DNA of 64,000 nt from Monocercomonoides exilis PA203 (lineage: Eukaryota; Protista; Preaxostyla), in the NCBI GenBank assembly GCA_001643675.2, contig LSRY02000027.1, positions 1,178,001 to 1,242,000 on the forward strand, written 5' to 3'. Within the stretch, counting starts at the first letter, position 1, and each line of letters begins with the position of its first letter. The position numbers and the translations under genes are program-made. The notes under the pieces were generated by a model. That model made no database searches and was not told the origin of the DNA. It saw nothing but the letters and a program-made list of their open reading frames with translations. Below are positions 11,490 to 23,351 of the stretch, one piece after another.

Positions 11490-12172
11490 GGCACAATCTT
11501 TTTGAAAAGTCGGAAAACTTTAATGTCGAACCCACAAAAGATCACAAATTCGAAAGCTCAATTTATAGGGAAATTTTTATCTCCAATCATTCACAACATT
11601 TTCACAACATTATTCTCAAATGATTTTATGCATTAAAACAAATCACAAACATTTTCCATATTTAAATTTTGTAATGTTTCAGTGATCAATATGAACAATA
11701 ATCTTAAAAAGATTTGATAATAGAACAGAAACACTTCATTAATATTGAGAATGGATAAAGAAATTAGTTTTTCGTTAAGCTGTATGTATTAATATCTCAT
11801 TTAAATTCTTTGCAACCAGCCAAATTTTAAAGTTTGACAAAGCGATGAATGTTGTTTATTTAACAAACCAATCACGAAAATTTTTAATTGAATAATGTAA
11901 CATTCCTTTTCTTGTTGTTTTCAATTCATTTTTGGCTTTATTTGTTTTGAAATCAATATGCATTGTTATTATTAAGCGAAAACTGTGATTTGATGAATTT
12001 AATATGAAATAACGAAATGAAAAAGGAAAGAAAAATAAGAATTACAAATTTGGAAATACCTGTGGAATATTTCTACGCTCAAACAATTGTACCAATCATG
12101 GAAATTGCTTTTCTATTTGTGTGCGAATTTGTGTTCATTGTTTTATTGGAACCTCCAATCCACAGAAAATTT

Positions 12173-15100
12173 TTAATAAACAAGTAATCGAAAAGCATTC
12201 ATTTTCATCTTCTTCCTATTCCACTTTCTTTTCCTTTCCTCTTCCAATACACTTTCTGCAAACGAACCCACTGATGATACGAAACCAATGAACGTTAGCG
12301 TTACCGAAACATTCCTTAATAAACACGACCTTGATGACGATGAGCCTGCAAAAAATGATGATGGAGAAGTGCTAGTGAGGGAAAGCCTCAAATACTCACT
12401 CAATTTGCTTCACAAATTGTTCTTTTCCTCTATTTTTCTTTTTCTTTTTCTTTTTCTTTCTTTCACTACACCTTCGCTGCCCTCCACTTCACCACCGATG
12501 GTTGCCTCAATTTCTCCACCTTGCCACTCTCATCTTTCAATCCTCAAACTTCAACCTCTCTTCTTCTTTTGCTTCGCCTTCGCCTTCGCCTTCTCCTTCT
12601 CTTTTTCATTCATCATCATCATCTTCTTCTTCTTCATTGTCAGCTTCTTCTGATAATTCATCTCTCTTGTCTATATGCATTTGCGACAAATCCTATTCAC
12701 ACAAGGGACTTTCCAACAGGTAAAACGGTAGAATACTTTTCTCTTCTTTTGCAGTGAAAAATTGGAATCTTTATCCATTAGGCTACTTGTCTGCGATAAA
12801 TCATCACATATCAACAATCGTTGGTATCATCTTCAGCACAAAGCAGCAATCCAGCAGTTCAGATAGCCAACATCGACAGCCGCTCAGGTTCTCAAGGTCT
12901 TACACTGCGAACTGTTGCATATGACTCCACAGGCCATATACATATTGACTCTTCCACTTCCACCAACTTGGAAGAGCAGCAGCATCCGCAGTCGCTCCAA
13001 ACTTCACAAGACAACGGTGCATCTTTTGCAATCCAGGAGCAGAATGAATCATTTCATTCTGAAGTTTCTTACCAAAATCAGATGGCGTGCGCGCATCAGT
13101 CTGCTCCTCCTCTGCTATCAATTCCACTGTCAAATGAGTGATGAAATGAATTGGGGAAAGAATACTTTTGTGGAAGCGGAAGCGTATGTGGCGTTGGTGG
13201 CGACGAAGATCAAAGAGATGAAGCAGGCATTGTGGCTTTAAGAACACCGACTCTCATTCATTTGTATACGGAATCGCCGAATTAGCAGGCACATCCTGAA
13301 CAGGGAGAATGTTTGTGGAGGAAGGGAAAGCAGCAGCTGGAAGATGGGGGGAAGTGAAACCAAAGAGACTTCAGAAAGGCAGAGAGAAGTGATTGAATGG
13401 CTGGTTGAGATGATGGTTTGAGTTTGTTTGGAGAGGAAAAGAGTCAGATGATTTTGGGAGTGTTGAAGAAGAAGAGGAAGAAGAGGAAGAAGAGGAAGAA
13501 GAGGAAGAAGAAAAAATAGAAGGCTGAACAATAAAATACCCATGATGTGCGGAGGGATCAACAAGCGCATTCACATAGCGGTAGCCTTGTTTGTGCTGAT
13601 AAGTGTTCTCATGAAATTCAAACGGTGTAAATACAACAAGAGAATCGGAAAGAGGAGTAAAAGAAAGCTGAGGCTGTATCACAATGTCATTAATAGCAAC
13701 GCCAGCTCCACCTCCAGAAGAAGCAGCAGCAATATCCACATCTTCCATTGCTTCTTCGCTTCTTAACTGATTTGCAGGATTTTTGGCTTTTCGGCAGAGT
13801 GTGTGCTTTTATATTCATTCCCATTGTAATCTTCTCTGTAAGATTTATTGGATTTGTGGGTATTGGAGGGCGTGACATTTGATGGACCACGCGATGGATT
13901 CTGCACAACCACAAAACGAAGAGGATAGAGTGGGGTAAATGAGGAGTTGGCATCTGATAGAGGTTCTTTAGAAGAAGAAGAAGAGAAAGAGGAAAAAGCA
14001 GAAAAAGCAGAAGCAGAAAAGGCAGACAATGCAAACGGATGTTCTGAAGTCGAATGACTCAAGCGAATCGAATCTGAGAGAGGCACTTTCGAGCCACTCT
14101 ACTGATGCTGCAGTGCAAAATGCTCGTTTTCTTCGTCGTTCACTCTCTGTCTCCTGTGCTTCTTTAGCGTTCTCTGCCTTCTTAGCACACTTTGCTCTTC
14201 TTCTTCTGCCTCTCATCCGACTTCATTTCCCAAGTTGAGGATTATCTCGCTGTCATACAGAATTCCCATCTCATTCACTTCTCTCTCTACAAACACCAGC
14301 CCCGCTTTCTTCAACAGCCTCACTTGCTCATACTGCAGCTCCTCCTTCTCTCTTTCTTCTCTCCCTTCGCTCCTCTCTCTTCCCACTGTTCCTCCTCTTC
14401 CTCCTCCTCCGTTACCATCTCCTCCTTTGCTGATTCCTCTATCACTTCCTCCTTATCCATCTCCTCTCCTTCTCCCTCTGGTTTTGCATCAGGTTTCTCT
14501 CGCTCATCATCGTCGTGAACCCGCCGTCCGCACAAACAACCAGAATGTCCTCTTCTTTCCTCCTCCTCTTCTTCCTATCCTTCTCTGACGCTTCTGCATC
14601 TGCCTTTGTCTCTGCGTTGCCTTTCTTGTCGCTCCAATTTTCAACATCATGCAAACAGAATCCTCCTCTCTCGTCGTCTGCTTCCCCATCAACCTCTTCT
14701 TCTTCTTATTCCTCATTTACCTCGTCTTCTTCGTTGTATCTATCACAGGAGCTTGTCTCTTCCTCTGCTCTTAGCTTCATCAGCCTAAGAGACTCAATGC
14801 TTCCATTCAACAAACATTTTTCTGCTTTTTCAGCTTCATCAGCTCGTGAAAGCACCGCGACCTTCGTCTTTCTAACTCTTTGACCCTGGACGAAAAAGAG
14901 GAGAAGGTGAGTGGAGGTGACGTTGGTGTAGAAGACGATGCAGTGGGGATCAGGAGATGGATTGAAGGTGTGTTGAGGAGTGGGGAGAGGAGAAGCGAAA
15001 GGAGCAAGATGATGTGAACACATTATGTGGAAGCCGGTATCTGTGTGTTGCGGAGACAGAACCTGGACAGATGAGTTAGAAGGGGTGACATTTGGAGATT

Positions 15101-15909
15101 GGGAGCGAAATGGATTGGATGACGGTGGCGGTGGTGATGATGATGAGGATGAGAAGAAGAAGAAGAAGAAGTGGAAGAAGAATGAAAAAAATGAAAAAAA
15201 GAATTATTAGCAGATAAAATAGAAGAAGATAAAAGAGAAGATGATGAAGAAGATATCATTGATAAGAATGAAGCAGAAGGAGAAGAAATATGACTGGAGA
15301 AGGAAGAAGAAGAAAAAGAGGAGGTAGATGAAGAAGAAGAAAGCAAATGAAACTTCCTCGTCACCTTTTTTGACATTCTGCATTGTTTCCATAGACACTG
15401 CAATGATATATTCATCCAAATGCAAGACACAACTTGTAATTAACCAGTAACCTCCAATATACCACTCACGCAATTTAAATAATTTCATTACTAATTCCGC
15501 TCCATTCAGAGCGATAGCAGCGCCTTCTTCAAAGCAAAGCCTGGGTAAGCCTGTGGAATATCCAATGGAGTATTTTTTTCTCTACCGAATGATGGCGGAG
15601 ATATGCTGTTTGAGCTTTTCACATTTGAAGATGATGAGAATGTGCAGTGTTGCTTGAAATTCAACGAAGGAGCGAAAGATTGCTGTAGGAAAAGAATTCC
15701 AAGGAATTCTAGCTAATCACAGCGAGCGATACGCTAACCAAAGCCGTGGCGAAGAAAAGAAGGACACTAACAAAAATTTTCTGATTCAAACAAATCTTCT
15801 GAGTTCTACAGCTCTGCAAGCTCAGCGCACAGTGGCAGATGAGCCTCTTCTCATCTTCTTTTCCGTGCAATATCACATTCAACTTTTCCATATCCGAATA
15901 GATTGCCAT
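12173..15909 (-). pseudogene. Degraded multi-exon host-like gene, possibly a membrane protein with hydrophobic segments near both ends
   Basis: A series of - strand ORF pieces: IFVSVLLFFATALVSVSLAVI near the N-end, WYIGGYWLITSCVLHLDEYIIAV, FTPFEFHENTYQHKQGYRYVNALVDP, and VTLTFIGFVSSVGSFA near the C-end. These are interleaved with Ser/Glu tracts, stops and frameshifts. Confidence 0.45.
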
Positions 15910-16374
15910 CTTCTATTTATTATGTGTTTCATAAAGAAACATTGACAACGAGTTTCTTTGTTTAGAATAAAACCTTCTTTTATGCGTCCAGCCTTCAAAC
16001 TGTTTTTTTTTTTTTGTCAATCGAGTAGAAACAAAGAATAATGAATGTGTAATAACCATTTGTCCTTAAATTATTGTTGTTTATAAAAAAAACTGCAAAA
16101 AAAAATGCAACTAACATATCTGAACTTGAATCAAAGGATTGGTTTTTGCAAATATGAAAAATGTTTGTTGGTTAAAATTTTTCAACAAATATAATGAAAT
16201 AAGTGTTCACTGCGACAGAAAACATTCAAACAGAAACATAATGCATTTTAAAATATGCGTAATTTATGTATCCATAAGAAATTAACAAAATAAACCATTG
16301 TTGCATTGTGGATAAGAGAAAATCGGAAAAGTTCATTCAAAATATTTCATTTTGGTGTTTATTTTCATGAATGC

Positions 16375-16530
16375 AATTTTGGTTCTTCGAAAACTTATGA
16401 AAAGTGAAATTAATGTTGATATTGTAATTTGCACTTCAATGGAACATAGTTGTTAAATGTTATATTATTTATTATTTGAAAAAAAGCAAATGTCAGACGA
16501 TCTCTGATTTTTCAAAAAGAATTTCTGACC
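16375..16530. repeat. Internal copy of the right end of the 9.6-kb element
   Basis: gatctctgatttttcaaaaaga at 16499-16520 is identical to 21095-21116. Weaker similarity continues upstream (tatattatt..., gc[a/t]attttggtt). Confidence 0.7.
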
Positions 16531-17074
16531 CGTTTCTTTTATTCTGTATGCATGATGCCCATCTTGAGAATCATTCTTACACACGGTTTGCTTTTGGAAT
16601 TATGACAATTCTGAAAAAAAGCTTTCAAAAGTATTGTTATTTATCCAAGATCAATTTTTAATTGTTTCTGTAGGGACTAGACGAATGGGAAATAACAAGA
16701 TAATCTAACAATAATGTGGCGTTCATGTGCAAATTTGATTATCCATGAACGAGTTTCAAAAATGATTTGTTTTGATAAACTTTTTCCTATCCGCAGAGAG
16801 ATTAATGACGGAATGAAGAGTATTTTATATATTTCAAGTTACTCACTCTGAATATAAAAGAAATGCTCTCGTTTTTCTAGGATTGTGCCTTCAGCAACAT
16901 GTTTCACTTTTCTAATTCTTTATTTGTATTTCTATTCTTTTTATTGAAAAAAAAATATTATCATAGTTGGAAACAGGAAAACTCTTTTGAAAATGGAAGG
17001 TGATTAAAGAAAAGAAATGCGGAACTACTAGCTGTACATGCGCCTGCCAAAGTATTCACTGTTCAAATCGGATC

Positions 17075-18486
17075 CTATTTTGAATCAATTATTATGAATG
17101 TGTTCCCAACATGTTCAATAAATTCATTCCGACTATACTTAGGGAATCCCTCATTTTCTTCTTCTTTCTCACATTCTTCTTTCACAGAATCTACTGTTAT
17201 TTCTCTGGAAAAGTCGCAGGCTTCCGAGTGCTCGGATTCAAAGCTTTCACCTGAGTGACATCGAAACCACAAACAGGCTGAATATCTAAGGAGACAACAC
17301 ATTGGGATGAAATCGAGCACGGAGCAATGGAGCATAAAATCCAGCGGAACAGATGTGGCTTGTGCGACACCAGGCCAACTTTTTGATATGATGAAACAAA
17401 AAAACATTTTCGTGTGGAAGAACCCAGGTTGGGGCAGTTCGAATACAAGAAATACTTTCAAAGGAGAAGAAAGTTTCGATCGAGGGATAAAGGAGAAGCC
17501 ATAATGCTTAGGGTTTGTTTGCAATTGATGAGATTGACAGGATACTGAACTTTGGATTCGTTCCAAACGTGGAGATGCTAATTTAATTCGCCTTTCGATT
17601 GGTTCGGGATGCTTCTAGATGTGGCAATAAAGACGGAGAAAGTGAGGATTGATCAGTACAGAGCGTATTTTTGGTGTTCAGTTCCAAAGCAAAGCTTATC
17701 TTCACATACTCACCAGCCGTCGCGATTTCAAATAAGCTTTTGGACTTCTTTTTCTTTATTATTACATGGCTCAACGACCACGTCCATCAACCTTTCCTCG
17801 GCGAGTTTGAACCTTCAGTCATTTTGTTCTTTGTCATACTGCTGTTGTATGTCAACCACATGCGACGCAATTTCTATCTCTGAAGCCCAATTCTGTTTAT
17901 GATGATCATGTTGGTTCATATATGTTTGCGATTTCATCTGGTGTGAAGTGCAGTGTTATGGCAACCTCGTGTGAGGAGTTCGGTGGAATTATTGGAGAGT
18001 GTTCAAGGACTTTTGAGAAATCTCCAAATTGTTCGTCATCTTTTCTGACAAGAAGGCCTAGGCTAACGTTCTTTGTGTGTGCAGTTGAAGTCTTTCCGCT
18101 GTCATTAATCGCATGGCTATATCACCAAGGCTGATGGGGAACAGACACTGAAGTCGTTATAAATGTGTTCCATTAAGGTATTTTTACTACCGATTTTTAC
18201 AACGTAATACATTGATTATCCGCATATAGAACCGATTATTGATATGTTTGCCCTGACGAAAACAGAGACTAACGTTTATTGTTCTGGAAGAACATATTGA
18301 TGCATACGAGGACGTATATGCGTTGCATTGCATTTCAAAACATAAGAGTTCTCCCTGAGATGATAGAAAGGAAGAGCTGATTTCGTTACGATCACGTTTC
18401 AGCCACTTCAGTAGTGCAGATGATATGAGCAGTTTGAAATGATGGTTCAGAACAGATTGTGGCTGTTTCATGTTAACTGATTTCAT
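17075..18486 (-). pseudogene. Degraded host-like gene fragment of unknown function
   Basis: Higher-GC, codon-like block with broken - strand ORFs (17075-17566, 17583-17774, 18187-18486). No recognisable motif. Confidence 0.3.
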
Positions 18487-19869
18487 TCTTCATATATGTT
18501 GCTTGTCTGCAAGCAAAAAACTTGAGGAAGAAGAAACAGATGATTTAAACAGAGCTGAATGAAGGAGAGAAGTTTTGTGAGGAAGAAGATGATGAGGATT
18601 CAAAAGACGAAAAAAAAGAAGAGGAAGGAGGAAAATTATTGAAAAAGAAGCTGAAAGAGGAAGAAAGAAACATAAAGAGAAAAAGGAAAGAAAATATGAT
18701 GAAGAAGCAGTTATTTACGGAATAAAGTTAAAAGAATGGTTGGAGAAGAAAGTTTGGAAGAATGTGTTGATTATGTTGCTTCAAACAAAATCACAAAAAA
18801 TTGGAAACAAAAAGAAACTCAAAACGTTTGCGTTTATCACATGTGCCATTGAGATAAAGACTTTGTTCTTTGTAGTGAATGAGCACATTCGTTCAGTGAG
18901 TCAAAGCTTCATATCACTGCTTCCATCACAGCAAGGCAGAAGAAACTTTTACGGATCTTGTTATTTGGGTATGCATTGTTCAGCGTTCGTGCTTTCGTAA
19001 AGTAAAATTCAATGGACACATTTGTTGAGAATCTGACATGTTCAGCGTTTTATTTCCAACAACTGTTACAGAGCAACCGAAGGTTGTCGCCAGAGAAGTG
19101 GTCTCTGTTGTGAACAGAGAACGAAACAGAAATGAAGGAAGCATTGGAAGAGGCAAAGAAAGAAGCATTAGAAAAGGACGGAGCTTTGGAAGTCGAAGTG
19201 AATGCAGGAGAAGAAAAAGAGGTGGACGAGAAGGAAGAAGTTTTGATTTTGGATGTGGAAACGGAGGATGTGTATCGAATGGAGGCTTTAACGAAAGAAA
19301 GAGTGGAGAGTGCGGATGAAAATGAAATAAAATATATCTAATTTTTTTGAAAATGATTCTGTGTCATTTTGATTTAGCACTTTATCAACTTGATCATGCA
19401 TATTTTGCATTAATCATATATTTTCAATTTCACCAATATTAAAAAACATATTTTTTCGAAGTTTACAATAATAACAAGAATTAGCTTTATTAAAAAATAG
19501 AGGCTTTGTTTAAAAAAAAAACATAGACATAAACATAATTATGTATTGCTCAAAAAAATTGGACATTCTTTGCTAAAAATAAAATATAGTAAGTTCCGCG
19601 CAACATACGAACTCTTTAAACTCGATATCTGATAAAAGATGAAATGCGAAAAAATTCAGAACCAAACTGTGTTGAGAGAAACTCTCTCGAAAAAATAAAT
19701 GAAAATATTGAGGTAGATTTGAAAACAAAAATACTTTCTTAACAAAGAACAATTATCACCAGCATTCAATCCACTTTTCACACTTTGAACTTCCATTGAT
19801 GAACGAAGTTTCCAAAGTTAGGCTTTGCTTGTCATTCTGTGTTTTTTCCTTTAGGTATATTGAATCCTA

Positions 19870-20580
19870 TATCTTCACTATCTCTGCTCTTTCCCAAAAA
19901 TGTCCAAAAAACAAATGCTGCAGCTCGCTCAGCATCAACCACTCTCACGCTTCTGACGGTGTGTGCGCTTCAACAGACACAAATTTTGTCATTATCCCAA
20001 CTGCACAAGATTGGCCTCTCCTGATTCACAATCTTCTGCCCAGCCACAACTGCCTCATATTCTTTAATGGGATCTGGAGCGTCAGGCACTCCCACAGCAT
20101 CATCCAAATTGAGAATGCCCCCTTCTCCTTTGTCGCTCCCATATTCTTGTTCTCCATCAACTCTGGCGCCTTCCACCGCAAACACTCAAACTGATTGTCT
20201 GCATCCTCAAATGCCGATGAAGGCAACTTTGCGTCTCTCCACCTCTTGTTGATCGATGAGCAATCAGAGGAAGATGTGACAATGGTGCAGGTGGACGATG
20301 CAGATGAGGTATCTGAGTCTGATGAGAAGTCCGAGTGGAGGGCAATGCAGATCACCATGTGCTCTGAAAACAGCACAATGTGCGGACAAAGAGATGATTG
20401 ATTGGAGTTTGCTTTCCATTTCGCAAAATCAATGAAGCGCGAGATTGTAAACCTTGAACAGGATCAGGGAAGCTGTTTGTTCTATTTTCCGCAAAGCGCC
20501 AATCTCCATCTCCTTCTTCTCATTCCTTTTATAAATCAGCATGAATAGCATAACTATTTGATCCAAAACATACATTTTCC
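19870..20580 (-). pseudogene. Fragment of the receptor-pseudokinase family (C-terminal domain only)
   Basis: LFSEHMVICIALHSD...CLRWKAPELM...FSIWMMLWECLTLQIP and YEAVVAGQKIVNQERP are closely similar to the C-terminus of the 27598-35350 protein. Frameshifted and 5'-truncated. Confidence 0.9.
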
Positions 20581-21123
20581 TATGTTGGAAATTGTGTGTA
20601 ACTTTTCAAAAGATTATAAAAAAGACATAAAAGAATGATTAATTTGTTATTTTCATTTGTTAAAAAATGAATGTAAAAAAATAAATAACTTAAAATAATA
20701 ATGATAAATAATAGAACATACACGACAAATATAATTTATACACAATCGATTACTCATTTCTGATTCACGCTCCATTTTCAATCAAGTCAATAATTATTCA
20801 AATTGTTGTTCATTATTAACGAATAATGAATAGCATTAATCACCAATAAAAGTGTTGTGAATAGATGCTTGTTAAATACACAATGAAAAAAACAAATTCT
20901 TCTCATATCAATGAAAATATGAATTGTTTTTGAATTAACAATTTCCCTTTAAAATTTATTTTGCTAAAAGCTATTTTGGTTTGTGGAAAAAAACAAAAAA
21001 CGATAAATGTATTTTGCTTATGTTGAATATAAAATTAGTGCATTGTCGTTTTTGGATATATTATTATAATTTTCATTAAAAACAATAACGGGAAGATCTC
21101 TGATTTTTCAAAAAGATTATGCC

Positions 21124-21680
21124 ATATGGATATTTGGGGGAATTGAAAGAAATGAAGATAAGAAAAATACAAAAAGAAGATTTGTTTTCATTGTTCCAAA
21201 CAGAAGTTCCGAAACACTTGTTCCTCTTTTAAAATTTCATATCCATCCAGGAACAACGATAATGAGATATGAATGGTGTGAATCCAGCAGATTGAAGGAT
21301 CATGGCTTCATTCATCAAACAGTGAATCATTCAAAAAATTTTGTGGATCCAATTACACATGGATGTGCAAATGCCGTTGAAAAAACGTGATCGCATCTGA
21401 GATATTTTTTCAAAGACATGGCATTAGAGAGAAATATATTGGAGACTATCTTTCTTTTTGAATGGTTAAAAAAACTTTGAAAGTAACTTTTATTGATATT
21501 GTGGGATATATTGTCCATGGAAGAGAAAATGAGAGAGAAATTATTGAAGAAGAAGAAGAAATCGAAAATGATGTTCCTGATATAGATGATATAGATGATA
21601 TTTCTGTTCCAGATGATGACAATACTTCAAGTGATGAGATTTCTGATGGTGCTAATGCATCAAATTGGAGCGACGATTAA
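21124..21680 (+). pseudogene. Merlin/IS1595 (ISXO2-like) transposase, 3' half
   Basis: My translation gives WIFGGIER...VPNRSSETLVPLLKFHIHPGTTIMRYEW...HGFIHQTVNHSKNFVDPITHGCANAVEKT*, the ISXO2 core, followed by an acidic tail ending at 21680. Confidence 0.9.
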
Positions 21681-22450
21681 TTGATTTTTAATTCATTTTA
21701 ATCATGACCCAAAAGAAAATTTTTTTATAAAATTATTATTTTTCTATTTTTTTCAAATCATCAATTTTATATTCATTAAACATGAAAATAATGAAATAAC
21801 ATGTGTATTAAATAGTTTGACAACATCAAAAATGAAAAAAATTCACTTTTATGTAATCACATCTTTCCACACACACATATTGGTATTGAGTTATTCAAAT
21901 CACTTTTTTCTGACAAAAAAAGATCATATCAATTTGATGTAAAATTTGTACAGAATGGCTCTATGACAAACAAAACACAAAATATCTTTATCAAAAAAAA
22001 CAACGAAACTTTTTTTTCTCTATTTCTGAAAATGCTTTGGTGATTGTTTTTGAGATCATTTATTTTTTCTGTGTTTATTTCAGTTCCAAGTTTTATTAGT
22101 TTGAGAAGAAAATTTTGATTAATTTGTCAAATGAACTGCAATGGTTTCCGAAAAAAAATCAGAGAAAATGAAAAGACAGAAAAATACATTTGTGTCGTCA
22201 TTGTAAACTTTGAATTCATCTCTAACATTTTTTTTTTTATGTCAGGATCAAAATTTTTTAAAATGAAAACATCCAACTCCAAAAAGAATCACCAACTCAA
22301 TTCATTTTTTCATTGTTGTTAAATAACTCATATTATTGTGAGCAAATACATGTGGAATTAAAAAATCCACCTTATTCATTTTCACAGAAAAAATTAAGCA
22401 CTTTTGATTAATTGTTTTCGGTGAGTTATTTATCATATCCCCTTTTTTTT

Positions 22451-23351
22451 ATCGGGACCTAAAATTTCTGGCTCTCCAGAGCACTTTGAGAAAAAAATAA
22501 ATAATAGAAAATTATTAATATATTATTATAAGCTATTCCTGAAAATATTTTTTCATATTTTTATTTTAGTGAAAAGATCTGGTATTTTTTGTTTTATTTT
22601 TCTGATCAAAGACTTGCTCATATTTTCACGAGCTTTTTGTTTTGAGTGTTTTGAGTTATATCATTGTCTATGAACATAACTCCTTTATGTTTTTGGCTAT
22701 TTTTCATTGTTAAACACTTCGTTCTTTTATTATTTTTTCCATTTCACTATATTTTGACAAATGGAAGATTTTGTGGTGATAATTGAGTTGCTTTGTTTTT
22801 TTATATTGAAAAATAGTTGAAAAAATGATTTAAATGATCACCACAAAGATTTTGAAATGAAAGAATGAAATTTGAAGCAAAAAACGCAAAAATACACAAA
22901 AACAAGATTTTTAGTAATAAAATCAAGATCACAAAAAAGTTTAAATTTTCTTCTTTTTGAACACCTTTATGTGTTAATAGTTTTTATATTTAAACTTGAA
23001 AAATAATGAAATATTTTGTTTCAATATATGAATTCTTTATTTTGTCAAAATATAGTGAAATGGAAAAAATAATAAAAGAACGAAGTGTTTAACAATGAAA
23101 AATAGCCAAAAACATAAAGGAGTTATGTTCATAGACAATGATATAACTCAAAACACTCAAAACAAAAAGCTCGTGAAAATATGAGCAAGTCTTTGATCAG
23201 AAAAATAAAACAAAAAATACCAGATCTTTTCACTAAAATAAAAATATGAAAAAATATTTTCAGGAATAGCTTATAATAATATATTAATAATTTTCTATTA
23301 TTTATTTTTTTCTCAAAGTGCTCTGGAGAGCCAGAAATTTTAGGTCCCGAT
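22451..23351. repeat. Long perfect inverted repeat (311-bp arms 22451-22761 and 23041-23351; 279-bp spacer), foldback/MITE-like
   Basis: The arms are reverse complements with no mismatch seen by eye (atcgggacctaaaatttctgg... / ...ccagaaattttaggtcccgat). Confidence 0.93.

Larger units (their letters stand above)
11490..21123. mobile_element. 9.6-kb non-autonomous TIR element carrying host gene fragments, inserted in the Merlin transposase
   Basis: Left end ggcacaatctttttgaaaagtcggaaaactt versus reverse complement of right end ggcataatctttttgaaaaatcagagatctt. Flanked by ATAT at 11486-11489 and 21124-21127. Removing the element plus one TSD restores in-frame KQIWIFGGIER. Confidence 0.88.

Noticed and set aside
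13466-15350. Many short ORFs on both strands and GAAGAAGAG repeats
   Set aside because: These are low-complexity artefacts of GAA/TCT tracts, not separate genes or a CRISPR-like array (no unique spacers).
16520-16531. aatttctgaccc shared with the tip of the 22.4-kb foldback (23372-23383)
   Set aside because: A 12-bp match in AT-rich DNA with no extension could be chance.
11490-21123. Polinton/Maverick or virus-derived element
   Set aside because: No polymerase, integrase, ATPase or capsid-like ORFs. The TIRs are short and the TSD is not 6 bp.
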